From positions 32,001-96,000 of the forward strand of contig DASCPX010000043.1 in the NCBI GenBank assembly GCA_036012755.1: a stretch of DNA of 64,000 bases. Reading direction: 5' to 3'. The DNA is from Myxococcota bacterium (GTDB lineage Bacteria > Myxococcota_A > UBA796 > CAJQPC01). Under the pieces are notes generated by a model that made no database searches, had not been told where the DNA came from, and saw only the letters and a list, made by a program, of their open reading frames with translations. Positions 36,496 through 45,456 of the stretch are shown in pieces. The position numbers were made by a program, and so were the translations under genes. Within the stretch, counting starts at the first letter, position 1. Every line of letters begins with the position of its first letter.

Positions 36496-37935
36496 ATGCC
36501 TTGGCTCTACACGCTGCTCGGAGCGCTCCTGGCCCTCGGCCTGTCGATCGTGCCGCTGGCTGGTCTGGATACAGACCTGGAGTTCATGCCGAGCATCGTC
36601 GACCAGCTGCAGGTGGGCGGCCTGCTGTCGGCCATCTGGCCGTGGTTCTTCTGCGGGCGCGCCGCCGCTCGCCTGCTCGGATGGAGGAGGTCGGCGCTGG
36701 CGGGCACCTTGCTCGCCAGCGCGCTCGCGACCGTGGGGCTCGGGAGCATCCTCATGGACGTGATGCTCCCGAGGCACGTGATGCTGCTCGCGAGCTCCGG
36801 CGCAGCGAGCTCCGCGCTGCTCTGGTGGGTCTGTGATCGCCTCCGCGAACGAGGTGCCCTCGGCGGCACGATGACCGTCATGGGCGGGGTGCTGCTCCTG
36901 GATCTCCCGAGGCTGGCGATGGGCCACGGGGCATCGCTGGCCACCGACCCGAGCATCCTGCTCTTCGTTCTCGGAGCCGCGGCGCTGCTGAGCCCCGCGG
37001 CCCTCGGCGTAGCGCTCTGGAGGCGACTGCCCGAGCGGCCCCCGCCGTGGCTCCCGGTCAAGCACCCCCTGGAGCTCATGCTGTTGCCGCTGGCAGTCGG
37101 CGAGCTGGTCTCGGGTCTGCGGGCGCCCGGTCTTCCCTACGTCCTGGACAGCCTGGCCATGCTCGGGGCGGTCGCCCTGGTCCTCTGGCTCACCCGCGCC
37201 AGGACCCAGGGCCCACCAATGCTGGCCGGAGCCGGCGTCGTCGAAGGACTCGTCGTGCTCGGGTCCCTCTGCTGGGGAATCCACGCCACCAGCGACATCC
37301 TCGGCGCGCGCTACGTAGAAGGGCCCGTCGACGGCAGCCACTCGGTCCGGGTCCTCTGCACGGCGCCGGGGGCCGACCTCGCCGAGATCGAGCGCATGCG
37401 GGCCCGCATGGACGAGCTGCGCATCGAGGGCAACGTGCAGCTCCTCGACGGTCTCGTCCAGCTCGAGCTGCTCGATGTCGCCGAGCCGACGGAGCTGATG
37501 GACACGCTGACCGCGCCGAGCCGCTTCGAGATCCGTCCGGAGAACGTGGGGGATCCGGTGCTCTCGGTCGCCCAGTGCCCTGGCTGCGAGGTGATCGACC
37601 TGGGCGAGGTCGTGCTCACAAACAGCCACATCGCCAAGGCGACGATGAACATAGGCTACGCCGGTGCGCCGGGGGTGGCCCTGGAGTTCACCCCCGACGG
37701 AGAGGCCACCTTCGCCGCCCTGACGACCCAGACCGTGGGCTCTCGCATAGCGCTGATGGTGGACGGCCAGGTGCTGTCGGCCCCCTACGTGATGGAGCCC
37801 ATCACCGGCGGCAAGGCCTGGCTCACCCTCGACGGGGCCTCTGTCGAGGACGCCCAGGTCATCGCGACGCTCCTGTCCCTGGAGCCACTGGAGGCGACCT
37901 GGATCGCCCGGGACTTCCAGGAGATCACTCCCTGA
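36496..37935 (+). CDS. multi-TM protein (SecY-like N-part) fused to SecD P1-like domain
   Basis: C-terminal 'PGVALEFTPDGEATFAALT...RIALMVDGQVLSAPYVMEPITGG' is the SecD P1 head signature. The N-part has SecY-like segments (see findings). Confidence 0.7.
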   Translation: MPWLYTLLGALLALGLSIVPLAGLDTDLEFMPSIVDQLQVGGLLSAIWPWFFCGRAAARLLGWRRSALAGTLLASALATVGLGSILMDVMLPRHVMLLASSGAASSALLWWVCDRLRERGALGGTMTVMGGVLLLDLPRLAMGHGASLATDPSILLFVLGAAALLSPAALGVALWRRLPERPPPWLPVKHPLELMLLPLAVGELVSGLRAPGLPYVLDSLAMLGAVALVLWLTRARTQGPPMLAGAGVVEGLVVLGSLCWGIHATSDILGARYVEGPVDGSHSVRVLCTAPGADLAEIERMRARMDELRIEGNVQLLDGLVQLELLDVAEPTELMDTLTAPSRFEIRPENVGDPVLSVAQCPGCEVIDLGEVVLTNSHIAKATMNIGYAGAPGVALEFTPDGEATFAALTTQTVGSRIALMVDGQVLSAPYVMEPITGGKAWLTLDGASVEDAQVIATLLSLEPLEATWIARDFQEITP

Positions 37936-38476
37936 TCCGCCCCGCCGTGCAGGTGGCCTCCGTCGCCTTGCAGATGGCGAAGGCCTGGGCACAGCGGACG
38001 ATGACCTCTTCGCCGTCGCGGATGCGGACGAGTCCGGCGAGCTCGGGCTCGCCCTCGACCCACTCGGCCCAGATCTTGTAGGTGCCCACGTCGACGGGGC
38101 CGGCGCCAAAGGCCTTGTCGCCCTCGCCCACGAGCACGGCCTTGAGCGCGTCACCCTCGAAACGCACCAGGCTGTCGCCGGTGGGGCAGACCTGGTTTCC
38201 CTCCCAGGTGGCGCCGGGAGTGCGGACGGGCAGACAGAGGGCGAAGGCGTCGTCGCAACGCAGGGTGACGATCTCGTCGGCGACCAGCGTGACGCGGCCA
38301 GCGACGAAGGGTGGACCCTCCGCCCAGGTCGTCAGCACGAGGTAGCGGCCCGCGGGCACCTCTCCAGGGGGAGTGAAGGTGCCCTCTGCGCCGAGGAGCT
38401 CGACCTTGCGTACGTTGCCCTCGACGAGGACGGTGGCGGGCTCCTGTGCGAGAGCCATGGCGAGTGTCAGAAGCAT
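37925..38476 (-). CDS. secreted hypothetical protein with two ~70-aa internal repeats
   Basis: MLLTLAMALA; repeats end in 'VPAGRY...AGRVTL...LRCDDAFALC' and 'VDVGTY...AGLVRI...VRCAQAFAIC'. Confidence 0.75.
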   Translation of the reverse strand: MLLTLAMALAQEPATVLVEGNVRKVELLGAEGTFTPPGEVPAGRYLVLTTWAEGPPFVAGRVTLVADEIVTLRCDDAFALCLPVRTPGATWEGNQVCPTGDSLVRFEGDALKAVLVGEGDKAFGAGPVDVGTYKIWAEWVEGEPELAGLVRIRDGEEVIVRCAQAFAICKATEATCTAGRIRE

Positions 38477-38787
38477 GCGCTGATCGTCTCCTCGTAGTCG
38501 TCGCCCTGGGCATGGGGGTAGCCCTGGCACTCCTCTGTGAGGATGGGGCAGTCGTCGCTCTCGCCGCCCGAGTCGAAGGTGCAGAGCTCGTGGCACTGCC
38601 GGTCACCGACCGGGGCCTCGCACACCAGCCGTCCCTTCTTCGTGACGCAGGTCCAGGAGTGCCAGCAGAAACCGGAGGAGCAGTCCTCGTCGTAGCAGCA
38701 GGTGGCGGTCCCCTCCTCACGACAGAGAACACCCGGATCGATGTCGTCGTCGCCGGTGCAGGCGAGCGAGAGGACCAGGGCGATCAC
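38467..38787 (-). CDS. small Cys-rich lipoprotein
   Basis: MIALVLSLAC and many Cys. GTGA overlap with the upstream gene. Confidence 0.75.
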   Translation of the reverse strand: MIALVLSLACTGDDDIDPGVLCREEGTATCCYDEDCSSGFCWHSWTCVTKKGRLVCEAPVGDRQCHELCTFDSGGESDDCPILTEECQGYPHAQGDDYEETISACF

Positions 38788-39185
38788 TCGATGTCCTCTA
38801 CGTTCCAGGTGCCAGAGGGGCCGTGCTCCGGGACGAGCACCATGTGGCGGGATGTGCGGGGGGCGATGCAGGCCCCGCCACTCCAGGAAAACGGCGGGAG
38901 GAGACAGCGGGCGATGCCGCCCCGAAAGGGGTGCAACACGTAGCGCCAGATGCGCACGTCAGTGCCCACCGACGTGACGACGGTGCGGTGCCCGGGGAGG
39001 CTGAGGCGCAGCCGATACCGCCGCGCGCCGTTGCCGACGTGCGGGGTCCACACGGTCGTGAACTCGAGTGGAGTGACGCCCTTCTTCTTGCCGCGGAAGA
39101 AGACGGCCGCCCCTGGAGGCTCGGAGGTGACCTTCACCTTGTGGGCGCACCCGAAGAGCGACAGCGACAACAGCAGCGCCAGCAT
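38784..39185 (-). CDS. PEGA-domain lipoprotein
   Basis: 'LFGC', 'VTSEPPGAAVFF...GVTPL...LPGHR'. Confidence 0.8.
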   Translation of the reverse strand: MLALLLSLSLFGCAHKVKVTSEPPGAAVFFRGKKKGVTPLEFTTVWTPHVGNGARRYRLRLSLPGHRTVVTSVGTDVRIWRYVLHPFRGGIARCLLPPFSWSGGACIAPRTSRHMVLVPEHGPSGTWNVEDIE

Positions 39186-39220
39186 GGCAGCGATGGTAGC
39201 CGGCGGCATAGAGTGCTGCC

Positions 39221-39670
39221 ATGTGGTGGCTACTCGCAGCGCTCTCTGGAAACGCCGAAGCAGGCAAGGCCGGTCGCGAGGCCCGCAGGGAGGTGCGCGT
39301 CGTCCGCCGCCACACGACCACCCTGACGACCTACACCGACGAGTACTGGCGCGCCCTGCGATGGAGCGACTTCTCGCGGGCCGGCGGCCACATGGCGGAC
39401 CCCGAGCACCGCGCTCGATGGGTCGTCGCCGAGACCGAAGCGCCAGAGGTGCGGATCCAGTCCGCGGAGATCCTCACCATCACCATCGGGCCAGAGCTCA
39501 CAGAGGGCGAGCACCTCCGCGAAGCCCACGTGCTCGTGCAGATCGAGGGCTACGCGCCGAAGAGCCAGATGCTGGAGAAGGACACTCGCGACCAGGTCTG
39601 GGTGCTCACGGCCACTGGCTGGTTCGTAGAGCCAGGCCAGGAGTACGGGGTCTCAACGAGGGAAAGGTAG
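39221..39670 (+). CDS. secreted hypothetical protein
   Basis: Signal-like MWWLLAALSGNAEA; 'EYWRALRWSDF...WVLTATGWFV' suggests an NTF2-like fold. Confidence 0.7.
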   Translation: MWWLLAALSGNAEAGKAGREARREVRVVRRHTTTLTTYTDEYWRALRWSDFSRAGGHMADPEHRARWVVAETEAPEVRIQSAEILTITIGPELTEGEHLREAHVLVQIEGYAPKSQMLEKDTRDQVWVLTATGWFVEPGQEYGVSTRER

Positions 39671-40135
39671 GCGCGGATCCCTTGGGCCCTCAACGGGCTG
39701 CACCTCGACACCGTGGTCCCGCAGGTAGCTGACCCCGTTGTCGCCAGCGTAGCCACCCTCGACGACCAGCACGCGCCGGATGGCGGCGTGGTGGATGAGC
39801 TTCGCGCAGAGGACACAGGGCTCGCCCGTCACGATGAGCCAGGCGCCACGAGTCGGGACGCCGTTGGCGGCGGCGTTGCAGATGACGTTCATCTCCGCGT
39901 GGTGGCAGCCGACCTCCATGCGCGTCCCAGAGGTCACACCCTGGCTGTCCCGCAGGCAGACCTCGCCACCGCACAGGGCCCCACCGCCGCGGGGCCCACC
40001 GTTGTAGCCATCCATCAGGATGACGTTCCGATCCGGGTCGAGCAGCAGCGCCCCGAACTTTCGCCTGGGACAGTTCGAGGCCTTGGCCAGCGCCAGACAC
40101 TGCTCGATCCGGATGCGGATGTGCTTTTCGTTCAT
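39653..40135 (-). CDS. dCMP deaminase family protein
   Basis: 'SNCPRRKFGA', 'GYNGGP', 'HAEMN', 'PCVLC'. Confidence 0.92.
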   Translation of the reverse strand: MNEKHIRIRIEQCLALAKASNCPRRKFGALLLDPDRNVILMDGYNGGPRGGGALCGGEVCLRDSQGVTSGTRMEVGCHHAEMNVICNAAANGVPTRGAWLIVTGEPCVLCAKLIHHAAIRRVLVVEGGYAGDNGVSYLRDHGVEVQPVEGPRDPRLPFPR

Positions 40136-41487
40136 GCCCTCCGGGCGTAGCGCCTCCGGACCGCCGCGGCCAGCAGCGCGAAGCCCATCAGCGGCGTCAG
40201 GCCGAGAGCAGCGCAACCGGTTCCGGTAGCTGACTCCTCAGAGGTCTCGATGTCGCCAGAGCGGCCCTGGATCTCCGTCGCGCAGGAGCCTGGCTCCTCG
40301 GCCCAGCCCTCTCCGCAGATCGGCCAGTTCGACTCCATGTCGCGGGAGTGCACGATGTAGCGCTGCTGGACGTTGTCCGTGATGCCAGAGGCGTAGAGCG
40401 ACAGGTCCTGATCGATGGCGTCCGGTGTGTACCGCAGGTGGAGACGCGTGAAGTAGGCATCGAGCGCCCCTCCCGTGAAGCCGACACCCTGCACCATGTC
40501 GTCGGAGAGCCCCGTGACGACGTCGTCGGGACAGGGGTCGCACTTGCCGGCGCCCCAGCCGAACTCGACCGTCCAGGTCGCGCCCGTGGGGAACTCGTCG
40601 CCGTACCAGGTGCCAAAGGCCTCGCCCGTGGCGTCGACCAGGCACTCGTCTTCGATCGTGGCCTCGTCGTAGTTGCTGACGTGGACCTGGCCGTCGATGT
40701 AGTTCGTCAGGAAGAACAGGAGCAGGTCCTGCTCACCCTCCGAGCTGGCCGTGCCGAGCCGGATCGGCAAGCTGAAGGCCTGGCTCTCGTAGGTGATCTG
40801 CAGGGCGGACAGCCAGGTCTCCTCGGACTCCGCGGGGACGCCGGTGTCGGCCTCCTCGTCGACATCGGTCGTGACCTGCAGCGCGAGGAACCACGAGTCC
40901 TCCTCGACGTAGTCCGCGAGCACCGAGTCCAGGCCCTGGTCGACGACGAAGCCGTTGCGGTCGAGCCACCAGTCCAGGCCCTCTTCGGACTCCGCGCGCA
41001 GGATGGTCGCGTCGTACTCGCCGACGGTGAAGACCTCCTTGACGTAGACATCGGCGGAGTCCATGCCGAACTGGGTCCCGGTGAGGGTCCGCTGGCTCTC
41101 GTAGCTGACGTCATCAGAGGTGTAGGTGGTGCCGCCGCAGCCCGAGGACGTGGAGCTGGAGGTCGTCGGGGTGGCGACCAGGCCCGTGTCGTAGAGGTTC
41201 TCGCAGGTGTACTCCACGAGGCGAGGAGCCGAGTAGCGGTCTAGATCCGCGAGGATCGCGGCGTCCACCACCGTCACGTCGTCCGCTGAGATGGACTCCG
41301 GGACGGGGATGAGGAGCCCGAAGTCCGTGTCCGCGCCCTGGACGTCGTTCAAGAGCGTCAGCACCGTTCGGTCACCCTGGCGCACAATGGCCATCCGGCT
41401 GGCGCCGTTGCTGAGGTCCGAGTCCGCTCCCCCTACGTATGCTCCACAGAATGCGTGGGCCTGACCCACGAAGAGGGTGATGAGCAT
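40132..41487 (-). CDS. DUF2330 family protein with MYXO-CTERM-like tail
   Basis: 'AFCGAYV', 'FGLLIPVP', 'YSAPRLVEY', 'LPIRLG', 'KCDPC', 'TRLHLRY'; tail GC...LLAAAVRRR. Confidence 0.88.
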   Translation of the reverse strand: MLITLFVGQAHAFCGAYVGGADSDLSNGASRMAIVRQGDRTVLTLLNDVQGADTDFGLLIPVPESISADDVTVVDAAILADLDRYSAPRLVEYTCENLYDTGLVATPTTSSSTSSGCGGTTYTSDDVSYESQRTLTGTQFGMDSADVYVKEVFTVGEYDATILRAESEEGLDWWLDRNGFVVDQGLDSVLADYVEEDSWFLALQVTTDVDEEADTGVPAESEETWLSALQITYESQAFSLPIRLGTASSEGEQDLLLFFLTNYIDGQVHVSNYDEATIEDECLVDATGEAFGTWYGDEFPTGATWTVEFGWGAGKCDPCPDDVVTGLSDDMVQGVGFTGGALDAYFTRLHLRYTPDAIDQDLSLYASGITDNVQQRYIVHSRDMESNWPICGEGWAEEPGSCATEIQGRSGDIETSEESATGTGCAALGLTPLMGFALLAAAVRRRYARRA

Positions 41488-41555
41488 GTCTCCTCCCAAT
41501 CCTGCCCTGACCAGAAGGGAAAACCAGTGTAGGCAGGGCGTGCTAGGGTCCGCAC

Positions 41556-41903
41556 ATGGCCCTGGAAGCCTGGATTCGAGCCCTCGTCTCCCCGAGCGAA
41601 GAGACGGTGGCGGAGGCCTGCGCAGAGGGCGTCAGGGTCTACCGCTACAGGGTCTTCGAGGACCGGGGCGAGCTCGCCGAGACCTTCACGGGCCGGAGCG
41701 AGCTGCTGGCCTGGCCGGGGCGGTCCCCGCCGAAGGTGGCATGGACGATAGAGACCGACGACGGCGCGACGGCCCGGTACAAGCTGTCGATCGAGGACTT
41801 CGAAAACGGCGGGCTCTGGCACTACACCCTCGACGAGGAGGGCAAGGTCCTGGAGCTCCACCACCACGCTGACGCGATCAGCCAGGATCCGCCTGATGTT
41901 TGA
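41556..41903 (+). CDS. hypothetical protein (SnoaL/NTF2-like)
   Basis: Coding-like ORF preceded by an extended -10-like TGcTAGGGT 6 nt before the ATG. Confidence 0.65.
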   Translation: MALEAWIRALVSPSEETVAEACAEGVRVYRYRVFEDRGELAETFTGRSELLAWPGRSPPKVAWTIETDDGATARYKLSIEDFENGGLWHYTLDEEGKVLELHHHADAISQDPPDV

Positions 41904-42024
41904 GCCGTTCAAGACCCGCGCACAACTCGAGCACATCATCCGTGCCAGCGCTTTCATCGCCGAGACGACCGCGGCGTCGCAACTCCTTGCCCGAGCGCGA
42001 CGCTGGTTCACCGCCGGCGACTGA
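41896..42024 (+). CDS. putative 42-aa small protein (below the ORF-track cutoff)
   Basis: ATGTTTGA overlap with the upstream stop; translation MFEPFKTRAQLEHIIRASAFIAETTAASQLLARARRWFTAGD; fills an otherwise empty gap. Confidence 0.45.
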   Translation: MFEPFKTRAQLEHIIRASAFIAETTAASQLLARARRWFTAGD

Positions 42025-43636
42025 GCCTCTCCAGGTACCAGGCGCTGCGCTCGTCGCCGCAGGCAGCGGCGATCTCGAGCTCCTCGGCGGCCGAGGGATG
42101 GTCGATGGCGAAGAAGACCCGGCCCAGGTTGGCGTGGGCGACGCACAGGGTGGGGTCGTCCTCCAGCGCCCTGCGGAAGGCGCGGACGGCGTCAGAGAGA
42201 CAAGGCACCCTGCCCTCGGCGCAGGAGCCATCGAGCACGTGCCATGCGACGACACCCTGCTGGTTCCAGGCGGCGGCGTCCTTCGGGCGCTCTTGTTCGA
42301 GCACCCGGTACCACCCGGGGCGCTCGGTCTCCGGGTCGAGGGGGAACTCGGCCGGGCCCAGCCAGGCATCGACGTGCCCCTCGGCTGCCACCGGGGGCTC
42401 GACGAGGCGGCCGTCGAAGTGCTCGGCGAGGACCTCGCCGATGGCGGACGCCAGCACCGTGTGGGCCTCTGGCGTCGGGTGGCAGTGGTCGTAGATCTGC
42501 CCGAAGTCGACGAGTCCGTCTTCGCTCATGGCGGCGATGGCCGCGGCCCCGTCGACGAGGAGGACTCCGTCGAGGTCCCCTACGACCTCTGAGAGATAGG
42601 GCGCGGCCCTGTTGGGCGAGGCGTCGAGCAGCATGGCGCGCTCCAGCCACTCCCTGGCCAGCTCGACCTCGCCGTGACGACGGAGCGCGGAGCCCCAATG
42701 CCAGGCCTGCATCGGGTCGGGGCAGGCGGAAAAAGCGGCCTCGGCCAGCGCGAAGGCCTCGTCGCGCCGACCCTCCTGGAGCAACCGATCTGCCTGGCCG
42801 GTGGCCTCTGACTGGGCCTCGACGCAGGGATCCTGCGTGTCCGCCGGCTGGTAGGCGAGGTTCAGGGGCACGGTGCTGACCACGACGGGGATGTCTCCGG
42901 CGAGCTCGACGATGCGACGAAGGTTGTGACGGAGCTGGCCCTCGGCGAAGGCCCTGTCGGCGTCGGTGATGGGGGCGCGCTCCACCATCGGGATCGGCTC
43001 GGCCTGGCGGAAGTCGGTCTGGCCCCACACCCCGGGCCTCTCGGAGAGGGCCTCTGCCATCCAGCGGTAGCTGCGCAGGGTTCGAAGGCGCCTGGCCCAG
43101 GTGGTGCTGCGGACCCATCGGCGGAGCTCCGGCTCGGGCAGGTACTGGCGCGCGCCCACCCACTCGAGGAGCTCGTTGTTGCCGCTGTAGACGACGAAGG
43201 CGTCAGGCTGGAGCGCGAGGGCCTCCTTCACCAGCATGACCAGCTGCTGCGAGGACCAGGCGATGGCGCCGAGGTTCAGGACCTCGACGTCAGCCCCATC
43301 GACGACGAGGCGCTCCTCGACCTTGTCGGGCCAGGAGCCGACGCGGGTGAAGCCGTAGCCGTGCACGGCCGAGCCCCCCAGTGCCACGATACGCAAGGTG
43401 TTTGCTGGTTTCTCGCTGGACCAGGGGTGGGGCTGGCTGGGGGTGCGCGCGGCCCGGTAGGGGTGGCCCTCGACCTCCAGTGTGGGGAAGAAGGGCGGAC
43501 TCGGTGGGACGTGCTCGGGGCTCCAGGACACGGTGCGATCGGGCTGTCCCTGGTAGCCGGCGAGGCGCAGGCCACCCTCGACCAGCACGCCGAAGAGCGC
43601 GAACACGAAGAGCGAGAAGAGGACACGACGCCGCAT
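42008..43636 (-). CDS. SGNH/GDSL hydrolase with TPR repeats
   Basis: N-terminal TM, 'RIVALGGSAVHG', 'EVLNLG', 'YSGNNE', 'DHCHPT' and TPR-like helices. Confidence 0.85.
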   Translation of the reverse strand: MRRRVLFSLFVFALFGVLVEGGLRLAGYQGQPDRTVSWSPEHVPPSPPFFPTLEVEGHPYRAARTPSQPHPWSSEKPANTLRIVALGGSAVHGYGFTRVGSWPDKVEERLVVDGADVEVLNLGAIAWSSQQLVMLVKEALALQPDAFVVYSGNNELLEWVGARQYLPEPELRRWVRSTTWARRLRTLRSYRWMAEALSERPGVWGQTDFRQAEPIPMVERAPITDADRAFAEGQLRHNLRRIVELAGDIPVVVSTVPLNLAYQPADTQDPCVEAQSEATGQADRLLQEGRRDEAFALAEAAFSACPDPMQAWHWGSALRRHGEVELAREWLERAMLLDASPNRAAPYLSEVVGDLDGVLLVDGAAAIAAMSEDGLVDFGQIYDHCHPTPEAHTVLASAIGEVLAEHFDGRLVEPPVAAEGHVDAWLGPAEFPLDPETERPGWYRVLEQERPKDAAAWNQQGVVAWHVLDGSCAEGRVPCLSDAVRAFRRALEDDPTLCVAHANLGRVFFAIDHPSAAEELEIAAACGDERSAWYLERLSRRR

Positions 43637-43654
43637 GCGCCGATAGACAAGCAC

Positions 43655-44065
43655 ATGGAGCCGACCGACTTCCCCATCCGGGTCACCATGCCCGTGGCCT
43701 GGGGCCAGCTGGATGCCTTCGGGCACGTCAACAACACCCAGTTCTTCCGCTTCTTCGAGGACGCGCGCATCGCTTGCTTCACGCGCATCGGCGTGGCCGA
43801 GCACATGAAGGCGACGAGCGTGGGCCCGATCCTGGCCAAGACGAGCTGCGTGTTCCGCCGACCCCTCGGCTTCCCCGACACGGTCACCGTCTGCACTCGC
43901 GTCACCGAGCTCGGCGAGGACCGCTTCACGATGGAGTACGCGCTGTTCTCGGAGAAGGCGGGCCTGGCCGGACACGGAGAGGGGCGCATCGTGATGCTGG
44001 ACTACAAGACCGGGCAGAAGACGCCGATCCCCGCCGCGATCCGCGAGGCCATCGAGGCCCTCTGA
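43655..44065 (+). CDS. acyl-CoA thioesterase (4HBT/YbgC family)
   Basis: 'VAWGQLDAFGHVNNTQFFRFFEDAR'. Confidence 0.92.
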   Translation: MEPTDFPIRVTMPVAWGQLDAFGHVNNTQFFRFFEDARIACFTRIGVAEHMKATSVGPILAKTSCVFRRPLGFPDTVTVCTRVTELGEDRFTMEYALFSEKAGLAGHGEGRIVMLDYKTGQKTPIPAAIREAIEAL

Positions 44066-44089
44066 GCGGGCCGCAGGGTTCTCTGCACT

Positions 44090-45352
44090 TCAGTCCTCGA
44101 AAGCCAGCTCCACGCTGGTGTTGGGAAGCCTCTCGACGAGGGCCTCCAGCGCAGGGCGTGAGGCGGAGACGAAGCCGAGCCCCAGCACCTCCAGCTGGGC
44201 CAGCTCGGCGAGGATGACGAGGTCGTCGTCCTCTATGTCGGTCTTGGACAGCCGGAGGCGCCGCAGACCGCGCAGACAGGACAGCCCCATCCGGTCCTCT
44301 GGGGAGATCTGGCAGCGGGTGAGATCGAGGTCCTCGATGGAGCTCTCGGCGAGCTCCTGGACACCGGCGTCCTCCAGGATGCAGCGGTAGAGCGTGAGCT
44401 GCTTGAGCTCCCGCAGCGCCGCCAAGCCGCCGAGCGAGTGCAGGGTGCTCTCCGTGATCGCCAGGCTGCGGAGGTCCGGGAGTCGAGCGATGGCCGCGAT
44501 TTCTCCCTCGCAGAGCCGACCCCCGCCGAGGCGAAGCCCCCACAGTCGAAGCCCGGAGAGTGCGGGCAGCTCGGAGATGTCGAGCCCGCTGACATCGAGC
44601 GCTCGAAGCTCCTGGAGCTCCGCCAATGGAGACAGTGAGCGGACACCGGTGTCGGCGATGTTCAAGAGGCGCAGCCGACCGAGCCGCTCCAGCATCGCGA
44701 TCTCCCAGAACGGAGTGCCCGACAGGTCGAGGACCTCGAGCGTCTCGGGCAGGTTCGCGAGCCCGCTCAGCGGCCCGTGGAGCTCCGTCAGGTCGAGATC
44801 GTAGAGCTGAGCCGCCTCCCGCAGTCGCACCCACTGGGCGGGGTCCTCGAGGGTCTGGGAGACGTGGTCCTCGACGCCGATCGTCTCGATGATCTCGGCG
44901 CTGGGGGGGTCACCCGTGTCCTCGATCCAGAAGTCCCCGTAGCCCTCCTCCCAGGCGAACTCGTAGCGATCCGTCCAGGCCGAGCCGAGCACCATGCGGG
45001 CGACCATGTCCTCTGTGCAGCGCTCCTCCAGGACTCGACGCACCAGGCCGAGCTCGACCAACGACGCGCCAGCGAGCAGCAGCTGGCGCAGCGGAAGCCC
45101 CGCCAGGTGCACCAGCTCACCGTGATCGACGAGGGCGCCCGAGATGTCGAGCTCCACGAGCGTGGAGAGCCGAGCGAGGGGCTCCAGGGACTCCAGCAGA
45201 CCGGAGTCGCGCAAGGCGAGTGCCTCGATCGGCCAGTCGGCGAGTCGTTCGACGAGCTCGGAGAGATCGATCGGACCATCGACCCAGAGCCGAGGCACGG
45301 GCGTCTGCCCGGAGATGTCCTCTGCCCGAACGCGCACCCATGGCCCGCTCAC
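44090..45352 (-). CDS. leucine-rich repeat protein (start uncertain)
   Basis: LxxLxLxxT/C repeats (LEVLDLSGT, LRLLNIADT, LRALDVSG, LRRLRLSKT). GTG 45352 follows GGAGAGG. Confidence 0.8.
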   Translation of the reverse strand: MSGPWVRVRAEDISGQTPVPRLWVDGPIDLSELVERLADWPIEALALRDSGLLESLEPLARLSTLVELDISGALVDHGELVHLAGLPLRQLLLAGASLVELGLVRRVLEERCTEDMVARMVLGSAWTDRYEFAWEEGYGDFWIEDTGDPPSAEIIETIGVEDHVSQTLEDPAQWVRLREAAQLYDLDLTELHGPLSGLANLPETLEVLDLSGTPFWEIAMLERLGRLRLLNIADTGVRSLSPLAELQELRALDVSGLDISELPALSGLRLWGLRLGGGRLCEGEIAAIARLPDLRSLAITESTLHSLGGLAALRELKQLTLYRCILEDAGVQELAESSIEDLDLTRCQISPEDRMGLSCLRGLRRLRLSKTDIEDDDLVILAELAQLEVLGLGFVSASRPALEALVERLPNTSVELAFED

Positions 45353-45370
45353 GACCTCTCCAAGATCGGC

Positions 45371-45412
45371 GTGAAAGCTGGTGAAAGGACGTGAAATGGT
45401 CGAGGGGGGGGG
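45371..45412. promoter_or_regulatory. three phased GTGAAA direct repeats plus a G9 tract in a divergent intergenic region
   Basis: GTGAAA at 45371, 45381 and 45391 (10-bp period); G run at 45404-45412. Confidence 0.5.
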
Positions 45413-45456
45413 TGCGTGCGAAGAAACATACAGGCCCCCTCGAACCAGAGGCAGCA

